DNA of 63,785 nt, counting the filler, from Choristocarpus tenellus KU-1152 (lineage: Eukaryota; Protista; Phaeophyceae), in the NCBI GenBank assembly GCA_964200185.2. It is 14 parts of 14 records of this genome, joined end to end, with 100 filler letters (N's around TTAATTAATTAA, not from the genome) between each part and the next. Parts side by side here need not be neighbours in the genome. Positions count along the whole stretch, not along the records: positions 39,115 to 41,820 come from CAXNAD020025454.1; positions 41,921 to 44,794 come from CAXNAD020024025.1; positions 44,895 to 49,682 come from CAXNAD020013055.1; positions 49,783 to 53,895 come from CAXNAD020016145.1; 10 more parts are not named here. One strand, given 5' to 3'. Every line of letters starts with the position of its first letter. The stretch's first letter is position 1. A program made the position numbers and the translations under genes. Positions 39,183-51,745 of the stretch are shown here, one piece after another. The notes under the pieces were generated by a model that was given only the letters and a program-made list of their open reading frames with translations, was not told the origin of the DNA and made no database searches.

Positions 39183-39940
39183 CTCACTAAATCCTGTACC
39201 TAAGTCAAACATTGGAGAAACGCAAAGCTTCACCAAGAGAGAATTCTTAGTCTCCTCCTAAGAACCACTGCAAACATAACCACAATGCACTTACAAAAAT
39301 ATAGTACAGCAGTTCCTAATAGTGCATAAATAAAAAGAGGACATGTATGGCTATTTTTTTGGAGGAGGTATGATCATAGGTTGACGGTCATAAACAGTAA
39401 GAAAATGAAAGGACAAAGATAAAACACATATGCAATACTCCTTCTTTACTTGGGGAAACTAATTTCAAACGATGGTCTCAACCCTTCAGCAGTGGCCTTG
39501 AGTCAGACGACCTGTAACGATCTCCACTACTGACTGGTCCATTTGAGTATGTCAAGGAGAAAATTACTTCTGTTGTGTTGGAAAAGGAGATAGTACTAGG
39601 GGCACTGCACCTCTTTGGAATTACAATAACAAGTAGAGGATCCACTCCTTCGGTTGTGTCAGGTGTGTTGTGAGTAGAGTAGCGCTCGATCCCCACCTCT
39701 AGTCAATGAAATTAAAATACGAAGAACTAGAAGTGCAGAATCCAGTCGTCTTGGACTGGACTACACGCGGAAGTGTTACTTCGTCTGTGCTTAATCTCTC
39801 CAAAACATAGTGTGCGCTCTTGACATTACTCTAATTGTTAAGTGATGGTATTTACGTATGATCCTAGAGCTCTAAACCGCATAACCACATACTCTTTTTA
39901 AATCTGAGCACTCAGCGCAATCTCATCCCAATCACCTCAC

Positions 39941-40584
39941 CTCATAGCCCTCTTGCACGTAGGGGCACTCCCCCTCCGTGTGCAAATGGAAAACGGAAAT
40001 GTCTTTCAGTCCATTCTGAAAGATACACGAGATCGAGGAAGTGAGTCATTAGAGAACCTGGGAGGCATTAGTCCGTATTAGAAAGAGAAGTGAAGCATGA
40101 CTGATGGTAGATTCTGTAGGTACTCAAGGTTTTTTGTCTTTACAGGAGATTCTTGTTCGTCCTATGTCGACGCCCACGTTCGATCCTGACTACTACGTAG
40201 TACTACATAGTATTGTTCCAAGGCACAAGTTCACAGCACGGAACATATCATTTCAGTAATGGTATAACTTTATAAATGTTCCTGCCTGTCTTCCGATCTC
40301 CCTACACCCCACTCATTAGACTGCAACACATATGCATTTGCCAAGATCTACACTTCGACCGATCTGCCCCGATCTACATCACCCCAGCGCTCAATTCAAT
40401 GGAGATTCATTGAAGTCATGCTTGCGGGCTTACGCACCTTTTTCCCGTGCTCAGCCATTGCCTTCGTCAGCAGCGATGGTGTTGCAGCCATGCCTTGTAC
40501 AAATACGTTGTGACCGCTTTCGATCCCCTGCACCGCTGCATCTGCCGTGCAAACCTTAGCAGTATGTCCCAAAACTGGGGCCAT
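39941..40584 (-). CDS. Acetyl-CoA hydrolase / 4-hydroxybutyrate CoA-transferase family, N-terminal exons 40584-40438 and 40015-39941
   Basis: TADAAVQGIESGHNVFVQGMAATPSLL...K|NGLKDISVFHLHTEGECPY matches the family N-terminus; phase-0 GT-AG junctions. Confidence 0.85.
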
Positions 40585-41616
40585 AGGCTCGTGCCTTTAA
40601 CGCGAAGGGTACGTGAAAAATGAGGCCTCAACGTTATTCACTTAAGGACACGAGGTCCTTGAATACTGCCAAGGAAGGACACTTTACCATGATTAGAGTA
40701 ATTTGATCACACAAGCAAATGAGTTAATAAATTCGATATCCATGTGCCTTACTCGCCTGAAGTCCATAACAAGAGATTTGTGGGTGGAATGGAAACCCCT
40801 CTTTGAAGTAGAAGGGCATATCGATCCAAGACACAGGCGACCCCAGTGCCTGGAGACAAAGCAGTACAAAACATGGATGAAGGAAGGGCCCGGGGCGTGA
40901 GATATGCTGGCTTGATTGAGAGGGATGTTCAAGGATGATGTTCCAATGCATTCATCACACAGAGCCACCACTGCAACTCAGACAAGGCAAGGTTAAACAC
41001 TGATGCACCGGGGCGCAACCCACATTGATAGACTGACCTTTACGCTACGATCGCCCCTATAGGAATATAGGCTGGAGCTACACTTCTTAGGAAAGGTTGA
41101 CATTATCATTTACACCTACTTATTCAGAAGGACACCGCTGCCAGTCAGGGACTTGACCATTATTCCAGTTGCAGTCCGAACAGCTTGGGATGAAGCAGTC
41201 ATATTGCACACAAAGAGGAAATCTGTTCCCTCTCTCGCCTACTCTGTTCCCACTCTTGTGTTGGTGTAATGGGTCATGTCGATTGTTTTGTTGGAAGGTA
41301 GGAGAGAGAGCCGTTGAGAGCCAGTTCGGTGAAGGTTCAATTTCCTTTCAGAATTTACCAATATTGATTATTAGAGTGGGGAACAGGTAGGTCCCAGGGA
41401 CACCTCCGGTGGGATATCTCTGATCGAGAGTGGTCTTCATCTTTTCTAAATATCCATCACACCTATAGACTAACTACTTCATAGATCTTCCTTGATCCTT
41501 AGTTTCTGTCTGGAACCTTTTTGAGGTGATCCTTGAAAAAAAACTAGAAATAGGTCCTTACAGCAATAGTGTATTATTGATGGGTAGGTATCGTTTCCGT
41601 AACCTCTTCTTATTAA

Positions 41617-41806
41617 CAGCCGATTTCAAAAATTGAGGAAGGAGCTTTTCATTGAGGATGGGCTTGACCCAAAATTGACTGGGATAAAGTGTCGATATGC
41701 AAATACAAAAAAACATAAAAAAAAACATATCGACACTTTATCCCAGTCAATTTTGGGTCAAGCCCATCCTCAATGAAAAGCTCCATCCTCAATTATTGAA
41801 ATCAGC
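41617..41806. mobile_element. Near-perfect foldback element (about 82-bp arms, 26-nt A-rich loop); another arm at 44895-44958
   Basis: 41617-41699 is the reverse complement of 41726-41806 with a few mismatches. Confidence 0.9.
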
Positions 41807-42266
41807 AAATTATAATGGAANNNNNNNNNNNNNNNNNNNNNNNNNNNNNNNNNNNNNNNNNNNNTTAATTAATTAANNNNNNNNNNNNNNNNNNNNNNNN
41901 NNNNNNNNNNNNNNNNNNNNCTTGTTCACCCTAACACATAGGATTACTTTCTAGTTCCACCTGGGTTGGTTTCTGGCCCTACCTGGGTTTGAGGTCTTCA
42001 TTCATCGTCTACAGGCTTCCCTCCCTGGACTGGTCATCGAATTAATCTGAGAGCTTGGGTGGATCTGAGGGAATCGCCCTTCTCTAGCCATAGAACGAGT
42101 GGCCTCTGATCGCCACTTCACTCGCCTATAGTCAAAACAAGCGTGGTCTTTGGCCACCGTGGTCGAGACGTTGCCTAGGTAGTCAATTGTTCTGCGTTCC
42201 TTTCCTCACACATTTTTGTTCACTTTTAGTTGCCATCTTGCCCTCTTACTCCCCAGGTTTACAGAC

Positions 42267-44440
42267 ATGTCTAGCTCCCAGTATTCTCAAGAAGCTCAGG
42301 TCGCCTCCGACCCACAGACTCTCCAAGGAATTGACGATTCCGAGAGATTCCAGTCCAGTATCGCAACTCAAGGCAATTCTGGTCGCAGTCGTGTCCACAC
42401 TACTGAACATCAAGACAAGCGCAGAGAGCGCGTTCGTTTTCGGTCTTTCACTCGTGGCAGATCCCGCTCCAGGTCGAGATCCCGGGACAGACACTCTCAT
42501 CGACATGAAAGGCAGACCAGAGAGATGAACGCAGAGGCCGCACCCGTTCACCGCGTCGTCACCGTCAGGCCAGTGATTATTCCTCTCCGCACAGGTCTAT
42601 ATCACCCAGACAATCTCGGAGGAATAGCCTGAGTACGGTACGTCGGTCCAGAGAGGTTGAGGCAGAGTTGCGAAGAGAGAATTATGAATTGCGTATTCGA
42701 GCCAAGTCACGTGAGTCACGACCCGATAGGCAAGAGCGCAACCTCGATATGAGTTATCACCAAGAATGTGTTAAAACCATGGAATGCATTCAGAGGAAAC
42801 TCGGAGACCCTGCCCACGGCCCCGTCTTTCTTGAGTACCTGCAGATAACTCCGCCCCAACCATGTCAAACAACCCCGTTTTTTTCGCTGACACTCTTACC
42901 AAGGTCTTAGGGAGGGTTCAAGGAGGATTGTGGGCCTTACCCAAAGATCGTGTCCACTATCCTAATACATCACGTCCATGTAGTGATGCCCTTACCCCTT
43001 TCTGCATCGAGCTTCTTGAGCAACTACTGTCTGACTCTCTTAGGATCCACAGTGATCTCCTAAGCGACCCATCTACAGTGGAAGTCCAGAGCGTCACCGG
43101 ACACCTCCTTCGGGTTCCTTGGAAAGACATGAGATTGAAATTATCTTAGAGGGTACGAGTTTTTCCCTGTTTGTCCATTTGGGGCTTGGCTTCCGTTGGG
43201 CTTTTTTGTGACATTTTCCAACTCCGAAATGTTTCAGAGTAGGAAAAATGTGTACGTTGTGAAAAATTGTGTCTGGAACAAGCAGATTGACACTTCCTGA
43301 AAAAACACAATAACCAAATTACACCACTATCACAACATTGGGTGTTTGACCCCAAATGAATGCGGTTCTATCCTCTAAGATACTTTGGCTCATGACAGCG
43401 ACTGAGTGGGTCCGTATCCTGGTGAGAGAATGCACCCTTTCGTATAGTCAGTCAAAAAATGCCGTAAAGAACGCAGTGAGTTCTTTAAGGACCGAGAGAG
43501 GGGAATCGTGGAAAGCTGCAGCCAGCAGGCTTGTCTTGCATTATCGAGCATACACCATAGATTCGCGGATGCCTCATGTTTGCGAGACAACTTTCTTTTG
43601 GAGGTATATAGCTGAAGATCAACTCATTGATCTTTGCGAACGAGCTCTTCCTATCCTTCTTCCCAATGCTCTAGATCAGATTGGAGTACAGTCAATGCCA
43701 TTTTCATTTCGAAAGGAGATTCGGAACCAAATTCGCCCACTGGCAATTACTCAGAATAATCCTTTAGAAGATGAAATGGTACAGCGGGAATTAAAGCAGA
43801 GCGGATCTTGGACGATCTTATCGAAGAATTGTCCAGTCTTAGCGACCAGTACGCATTTTCCCCAACCAATCAAAAAGCTACAAAACCTGCGTCGTCTAAA
43901 GATAGGACACCTACTGCTTTAGGTAGCATGGCTAACGCTCGTGCTATGTTTGCAAGCATGTAAGACCCTTTGTCTGCCCCAGTTGACACCCCGGTAGGCA
44001 GACAGGAACTGGATTTACCTCAACATAGCAGGACATCCTTGCCACAGGAGGTGCTGGCGGCCCTCACACCGATGTTCCAACCTGTTTTGTCCCAAATCCC
44101 CTGCCCATTGTCTGTGCTGCGTTGATAAACCAACCTGCTTCTGCTCCTGGGAAACATGGTACCACGTTCGTTTCGAAGAGAAATGCGTCTGCGCCCGTTC
44201 GCCCAGCAACATCCGGCACCCAGTCTGTGCCAGATAAACGTCCTCTATAACCACAGACAGAACGAGCGATGCAGGTCAACCCCTTTCGGGTAAGGACTTA
44301 CCTTCGCCATCTGCTTCCCAAGATGAGGTGGTCGAGTAGCTCAAGGCACATCGAGTTTGTTTCCATCATGCCTTTGTTCGCGAATGCTTCAAGTCTATCA
44401 GGCGCAGGTGCAGGTATACTCACAACGACCCCGTAGTACC
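42267..44440 (+). pseudogene. Decayed gag-like ORF (RS-rich N-terminus, CCCH-like finger); possibly DIRS/Ngaro-type retroelement
   Basis: Chain of broken intronless plus-strand ORFs; CFHHAFVRECFKSIRRRCRYTH at about 44357-44423; frame restored across the MITE B insertion. Confidence 0.5.
43133..43391 (-). mobile_element. MITE family B, full length, TSD ATGA
   Basis: ATGA at 43129-43132 and 43392-43395; removal fuses VPWKDM to TATEWVRIL in frame. Confidence 0.93.
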
Positions 44441-47400
44441 TAAGGGTTACTTTGCACATCTTTCCCAAGATAAGCCAAGTACCACCCCAGCGAACGAGTC
44501 ACATACGATGGTAGCCTTGACAGATGCCCATTTGCACTACCTCGCCACGATGCAAGACTTTGAGTTTCCGCCACCATTTGCAAGCAGCTCGACCAATTCT
44601 GAAGTTCCCGAGTTGCCCTGAAGGTGCGCCCTGGAGTCTTCACCTCCAGGGAACTTAGGCACTGTAGTCATAGGAAGCATGACCCCCACACTTACCTCGA
44701 ACATATCCACTATGTCAACTGCCCAACGAACTAGTCAAGTATGGCTATCTGCACTGCTGTGGCACCCTTGCAAAGTCCGCTCGAGAATGCCTGTNNNNNN
44801 NNNNNNNNNNNNNNNNNNNNNNNNNNNNNNNNNNNNNNTTAATTAATTAANNNNNNNNNNNNNNNNNNNNNNNNNNNNNNNNNNNNNNNNNNNNAGTCAA
44901 TTTTGGGTCAAGCCCATCCTCAATGAAAAGCTCCATCCTCAATTTTTGAAATCGGCTGTTAGTTGTGGGTTGTAGTGATTCAATAACTATCATTCTTATC
45001 ATGATTAATCGAACCGAAAATAGAGAGATCGCTTTCGAAAAGCATTTTATAACTTGAAAATCTTCTCGCAGAGATCAGCGATTGGCGTACCTCAATTCGT
45101 GTTCTGTGCGTGCTTTCAAATATCAAGTGCATCTAAATCTGTCGACCCCATTCCACAATTTCTCGTGACACGATAATAAATCGATTCCCAAGTCTAAATT
45201 TTTAGGAATAGTAGTTTCAGAAATTATTTTCAGCAATGCAATTACTGGAGTCTTAGCGATGGTACAAGTGGAAGCAAAAAACTACTCCAAGCAAATTCGT
45301 GTCTTCCTTGCTGAAGGAGCATGGTGGTAAACCCTTGAAGAGAGTCTTAGGTCACATGTAACTCTGTCATGACGCAAAAATTCATTTTTCATATTTTCGT
45401 TCTTAGAATAGTAGACAGGAAACACAAATTTAAATTGCAATGACTTGGAATGTTAATTTTTTGTGAACGTCGATGCCCTTACATCTCTCACAATCTATGT
45501 AAGAAGATACTACCATAAACTAAAATGCTGAATTATGACAATTCACATATTGAGAGAAGAAACTATGATGGCCTCCAACAAATTGGTTCCTGGGTGAAAA
45601 CTGCACTACTTGGTAGTATTTCCAGGGAATTACTTACTACTTTATTACGATTCTTCGCATCATCAGTCTTAGGGTACGGTCAAAATGGTGTTGGGAGGGA
45701 ATATAACAGCAGCACCCCTACTGCTACAAATAGTTGCTCTCAAAGCTACTATTACTACCCAAAATACATATATATCATTGACTATGAATAATTAAGAGTG
45801 AGGATGCTGACAACCACAAGAACACTAGAAGAAGAGGTGGAGAAGAAACAGAGGAAGTGCGGGTAATAATCATAGCGAATATGTTGCTTTCAGTGTATTC
45901 GTAGCGGCAATGGTAACAGTTGTGGTATTGGTAGTAAGTAGTAGCAATTTTAGTGGTACGTAACACACAACATACGGGGTTACACGACAATACAAACGAA
46001 CAACAGGTACAATCACCATCACTGAGTGAGGTAGGTAAACACGTTGGAATGCTAACAGAGCATGATACGGCCCCCACATTTTGCCGTCATTTCAACAATC
46101 TCCGCACCAGCAACAAACTACAACATAAAAGAAATTCCACTTTTGTTCCCCCACAAAGAACTGAATGGTCGGAGAAATTCAATTTCTAGGAGATCTCATT
46201 CTAGGAGTCGATGAGCCACTCTGAATTCAAAATATTCTGTCTTCAACATTGGATCGTTTGAGCCCACAGTCAGCCATTGAAACCCAGAGTGACACTTCGT
46301 AAAAATGGGTTTTGGGGGTGTGTCGAGTTCTGTGAGACGGAACTGAAACGTAATTTTCTCATGCATAGTTCGTCGTTGGTTTGTTAGCTTGTAAAATGAG
46401 GCGCAATCTCATGCAGTGTCATGTGCGTATGCACACACTCTTAGCATTTAAAGGCGTGTTCTACCCCCCTCCCTCATTCAGTGACGATGATGATGCCTGT
46501 TTTTTGCTTGTTTTGTCGTAATCTCGTATATTGTGTGTGAACCTGTTTTGATTTCTGTACCAGTGCTACTACGACTACGACTGCTACTTCCATCGCAACA
46601 ATAATATCAGTAAAAAGGACAAACAATGCATAAAGTGGTGTTGGAGGAATGAGAGAGGAGAGGCGTCAGGTTCAGTATCAACACTCACTAAGAAAAGGAC
46701 TGATCATGGATTGATGCTTTCTCCATAGCATCATTGTCACCATGTGCCTCACAAGACTGAAGAAATGAGGGCAGTAGTAAGTGTAGATGTAGTTGCAGCT
46801 GTGCTGAGCAGGGGTTACGCTGAAAAGGGATTCACAGGGTCAAAGCACTCACGGTTGACTGTGCCAATATATCACGAGAATAAGAATAACAAGCGCTCAC
46901 AACGCAACAACAAGAAGGGCAACAAACAACTCTTCTTCAAATTAAGCTTTCTTCTACGCCTACATCCCACCAAAATCCCAAGTTCATGTTTGTAGCCACA
47001 ACAAACAGGAATCTGAGCAAAACCACAGGAACGAGAATAAGAATATTGAACGCAAGGACTACTAATAATAGTAATAGCAACAATTCCATTATGACACAAG
47101 GAGAGGTCAGGGGGTTGTACAGTTTCTTTGCAGTGGGAGGGCTGTCCTGATCACAAATAATGTATTGTGAACATTAGAGATCTTTAAGGACAACAACACC
47201 AGTACCCACAAATTGTAATTAAATGGTTACCTATACGACAATGCCCAAGCACAGTTGTTGATCATGTGATTTCTTTTATTATTGAAAAGCAGATATAAGA
47301 AATAATCAGCTTGAGTTACACTCCTTGTTTCTCCTTCCTCATTTCCTCTACAACCTGTCAAAAGCAACAAGGAACTAATCGAAGCATATACATACACAAG

Positions 47401-47723
47401 TCTTGGAGCAACAGCTTCTTTCTCATGTTACCTAGTATTACTTTTTTTGATGTGGTAACTTTTCCAGGCTATCGTGAATTGATTGGAGGATTCCTGATGG
47501 ATGCGGCTATAGGAAACAACAGACGCCGCAACATTCTTGACTCGCGGGTTCAAGTCAGAGCTGTCAAGTGCACTTACGTGGTGCAAGGATTGCTGATATA
47601 TATATATAATCTACACCAGCGACAGCAGTCGAAGATGGTGGTGAGCAGGTAGAGTCAGACTTCAATGATATGAAGATGCAGAGGCGGTTAGCAGAAGCGT
47701 GTTAATACAATTGTACAAGGACT

Positions 47724-47975
47724 GAGCCGAAGTATAGGAGAAGTACCCAGATTTTAGCTGTTTTGCATTTTAGCCCAGTTTTCAATCTTTCGCAATTCCC
47801 CATATTTCTATGGATGAAGTACTGAGTTTGACTTCAGATTATTTATTTCTGTTGATTGAAAGGTTTCGACAAAATTCGAAAAATATCCTACACATTATTG
47901 AGCAAATGCCAAATTTTGGACTTTTGTCGAGATCCTTAAAATGAAACTTTGGGGACATCTCGCTTACTTTTACTC
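47724..47975. mobile_element. MITE family D (GAG...CTC ends, AAGTA core), TSD ACT
   Basis: GAGCCGAAGTATAGGAGAAGTACCCA vs reverse complement of the right end GAGTAAAAGTAAGCGAGATGTCCCCA; ACT on both sides; single copy here. Confidence 0.65.
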
Positions 47976-48032
47976 ACTGCAGGATAAGTCCGTAGAGACT
48001 CGTACCACCTCCTGCGAAGTTCGTTGTTTTCA

Positions 48033-48900
48033 ACGGTGACGACGATGGAGAAAGGTATGTTAAAGTACCCCCCACTTCATATATGGATAGAAGAAATAAA
48101 TACAGGATTATTACCTATTGTAGAGAGATTATTCCCATGAAGAGAGGGCGACCATACAACCCCAAAACACCACGCATAATGGAATCAATTCCAATCTATC
48201 CGTTCGCATACAAGAACAAATATGGGTTAACCGACTAATAATTCTTGTATTCTGACTCTGCCTGTATACTACTACTGATATCCCCGCTACAGTTGGAGGA
48301 GACTATTGTAACAGGATATTCCACGACTGAGAGAAGCTTTCTTACGTGTCCAACAACGGGCAGATGGAAGGACGCTTTATTCACCCAGGATCATATAAGG
48401 GTGAGGTGGATGAAGCATGATGCGACAAGATGGAATAAGAGAGAGGTTGAAGAAGCCAGTATGGTTATGAAGGGTTTTGTCGTGAGTGTAGGAGGTCTAG
48501 CAAAACAGATAGTTGCCAATGATAATAGTCTGTCTGACGCGTTTGAGGCAGTAAGGAACCCCTTTGCAAGAGATGGAATTGCGGTACGAGCCATATTGTG
48601 GTCCAAGCTAAATAATCTATACCTACCTGAGGGGGAAGATCGGACTCTTCCTATCAAGCAGTTGGACAAACTGCTAAAAACGGTGAGGTCACTTGATGGT
48701 GAGATTAGAAAGGAGGGACAGTTAAGTGCGATACACAACAGCCCAGCTGAGGAGTACTTTGTGGAGACCAGGCAAATTACAGGAAGAGAGCGTGCAGCAA
48801 TACTTGGTCTGTAGTCAAGAGATTGTAAAACGTACAGGATGCGGAGGTGAAAACAAGGCAGACTGATGGAAAGCATTGGCAGGGCACAGATATATGGTGG
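48033..48900 (+). pseudogene. Ty1/Copia gag (UBN2-type) relic with possible PBS at about 48033-48048
   Basis: ILWSKLNNLYLPEGED..IKQLDKLL..VRSLDGEI....SAIHNSPAEEY fits the Copia gag pattern; TTTCAA then CGGTGACGACGATGG resembles an LTR end plus a tRNA-Ser-like PBS. Confidence 0.65.
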
Positions 48901-48999
48901 ATTCCATCATGATGCGAGTGGTGGAGTTACAGGGTGGAGTAGGGATTGATAGCAGGATATGGCTATATCAGCAACACATTGATTGTATGGATCGAGAAC

Positions 49000-49445
49000 T
49001 GATGTCTGACCATTTCACCTGGCCAAAACTGCCCCATATCCATAAGCTACCAATATAACAGAGGCTTGAGCATCAACATTTTGAAATGTTGTTGGGCATA
49101 AATATCAGCTACTCTAGGCTTTGATAGATCGGAAACTGATGTCTGGACTTTTTACCTGCCTGATAACTGCCCCATATCTATAAGATACCTATGGTTACTT
49201 GAGCAGCAACATTTTGCACTGTTTTTCGTTGGTGTTACTTACACTTGGCTTGGATGGATTAAGAACTTATGTCTGGCCGATTCTCCCCCCAATGTCTTCC
49301 TGGTATCCAAATTATGCCGACGGTGGGTTGAGGGACAACGTTTTAAAGATTTGCAGGTGTGTCAGCACGTGTGTTGTATGGATCCAAAATTGATGTCTGA
49401 CCATTTTACCTGGCAAATAACTGCCCAACTTCCATCAGATACTCA
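49000..49445 (+). repeat. Three spaced direct repeats of about 50 bp (about 49000, 49137, 49391)
   Basis: TGATGTCTG.AC..TT.ACCTG....AACTGCCC at each site. Confidence 0.8.
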
Positions 49446-49577
49446 GATACCTTTCTCTTATTCCCTAATTCCTGAACCCTACCCGCCACCATCTCCCCAC
49501 CCCCCATGCCCCATACACTGACACCTCCAATTGAATTGCACAAAAACAGTGAAGCCCTCATATCATCCTGGCTCTTT

Positions 49578-49682
49578 GGGTCAAAGTATCTGGGGGGGGG
49601 GGGGGGGGGGGGGGGTTTTTGGGGGGGGGGGCCGTTTTGGTTTAAATTTTATTATTATTTTATTTTTTTTTGTTTTTTTAAA
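49578..49682 (-). mobile_element. MITE family A/C end at contig end
   Basis: GGGTCAAAGTATCT-polyG, degraded afterwards. Confidence 0.8.
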
Positions 49683-49782
49683 NNNNNNNNNNNNNNNNNN
49701 NNNNNNNNNNNNNNNNNNNNNNNNNNTTAATTAATTAANNNNNNNNNNNNNNNNNNNNNNNNNNNNNNNNNNNNNNNNNNNN

Positions 49783-49940
49783 GGGGGGGTTGCGTCAGGG
49801 TGTCCATTTTGGGGCATAACCAGGAAAAGCGCACTTACATTATCCATCTGATGCATGCAACCAAATAACTCAAGAATCGCGACATAAGAAAATTGACCCC
49901 AAAAGGACAGCCACCACCACCCCCTCAGATTCTTTGAGAC
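49783..49940 (+). mobile_element. MITE family A, missing 5' TIR (contig start)
   Basis: GGGTGTCCATTTT...CAGATTCTTTGAGAC. Confidence 0.9.
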
Positions 49941-50715
49941 AAAATGCCTTTTTCTGTAGGCAATTCTACCTGTTGAAGTTGCTGTCTTGTTTGCTGTCTT
50001 GTTTGCCTTGTATATATACTTAGATTTTGCTTACTGACATTCCCAGATATATGCCATGGAGGGAACAAGAAGAAATGGTTTGGGGCAAGAGTTACCTCCA
50101 TCACAATACCCGCATTATTTTTGTTGTGTACGATAATTTTTTCACATCATGTCTGGGTTATTATTATGTTCTTTCACTACCAAAGATGATACGGTCATAC
50201 CGTCCCATCAACCCCTCGCTCACGTACCTGTAATATGTCCCATCTTAATGCAATCAACAACGATCAGGGACACGCTTCCCAAACAAGTGAATGCAGCTAT
50301 CCAAAGAAATATATGGCGGCATGTCCTTGGTCTTTCGAACAGCTATGGATGGGTGTTGGGACTTCGAATTTCCTTGTCGTCCACCTTTTTGAGGTAAAAC
50401 TCGCAAGATAGTTTTCTTGGTCAACCATATATTTACTATGCCTCAAAAAAGTAATGCATAATACAAAGCAACATAAAAATATTTGACCCTGATATGTTGT
50501 CTGTCCCAAAATGGATAATTCAAAGTCAGCAACATATTATTAATTTTATGCCCTCTGAAATTTTGCAGATGTGTCAGCGAAAAAAACAATGAAAACTATT
50601 AACATGTCAGAAAAATCCCTAAAAAATATCAGTTCTCATAAATGTGAAAAACATTGATTTATTTACTATTTTACTACCACCCATGCTGTACCACTGCCTT
50701 CCTGTGCCTCCAACC

Positions 50716-51015
50716 TTAGTCCTGCACCCCAGGGTGAGGATCTAGGGAAGCATCCCAAGAATCTAACAAGCCCCTGCTTGCCCATCTCCCTGGTGTCTCC
50801 ACCTTAAAATGCATGACACGTCTAGACAGGGTCACCTGCGTTCTAACTGAGACTATTTGTTGTAGTCGGGATTTGACCGCTCCTTTCCTGCTGTAGCCTC
50901 TCCTCCCTCTCCCCCTTACCGCGTGTGTAGATAGTTTATTCAGGTAACTTTCTACTTGCTTACCGAGGCGCCCAAAACTCTTCACTGTGAAGGTGTTGAG
51001 GTTGTAACTACGCAT
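50716..51015 (-). mobile_element. RLE-type (CRE-like) non-LTR retroelement C-terminal fragment
   Basis: TFTVKSFGRLGKQVESYLNKL...KSRLQQIVSVRTQV, the post-nuclease ExxGxxG...ISVxxQ motif. Confidence 0.75.
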
Positions 51016-51097
51016 ATTCCTGTCCTATGTTTTTTACTTCATTTACGTTCTTTGACCGTGATTTGAAACGTGGTTCCTCACTTTTGCGAGGTTCCCA

Positions 51098-51272
51098 GGC
51101 TCAAAGTATCTGTGAGGGGGGGGATCTACACCAGGGTGTCCATTCGGGCCCTGACCAAGAGAAGTGCACCTACATTATCCATCCGACGCATGCAACCAAA
51201 TCACATAGAAATAGGGGCATGCGAAAAAACACCCAAATGAACACACGCCCCCCCCCTGCGCCCCATATATTT
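51098..51272 (+). mobile_element. MITE family A, right TIR eroded
   Basis: GGCTCAAAGTATCTG start and full interior. Confidence 0.88.
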
Positions 51273-51566
51273 CCATCTTGTTCGTTTTCATTTTGAGCCA
51301 GACCAATTGAGAGTTAGAAAAGTTTGGGTCCTTTCGCATTCTAGGCCACTTCCACACCCTATGTAACAAACTATTAAATTCCTTTATTTGCACAATAGTG
51401 TACTTAAAATTGATATTCTTCCTTCTCCACACACAATGTGATACCACAATTAAGCAAAGGCTCTTTCTACAACTACACAAAATCGCGTCTCTTTGCCCTT
51501 CTCGGGATCCTTAAAATACAACCTTGCTTCTACTCAATTGGTTTGACTCTATATGCTATAACAAGA

Positions 51567-51745
51567 GACCCAAAGTATCTGAGGGGGGGGGGGGGGCTAC
51601 ACAAGAGTGTCGATTTGGACCAAAACCAGGAAAAGTGCACTTTCATTATCCATCCAACGTACGGAACCAAATCACCCAAAAATCAAGACATGAAAAAATT
51701 GATTTCAAATGGACAGCCGCCACCCCCTCCCAGATACTTTGAGTC
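51567..51745 (+). mobile_element. MITE family A, full length, TSD AGA
   Basis: GACCCAAAGTATCTG...CAGATACTTTGAGTC; AGA on both sides. Confidence 0.93.
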
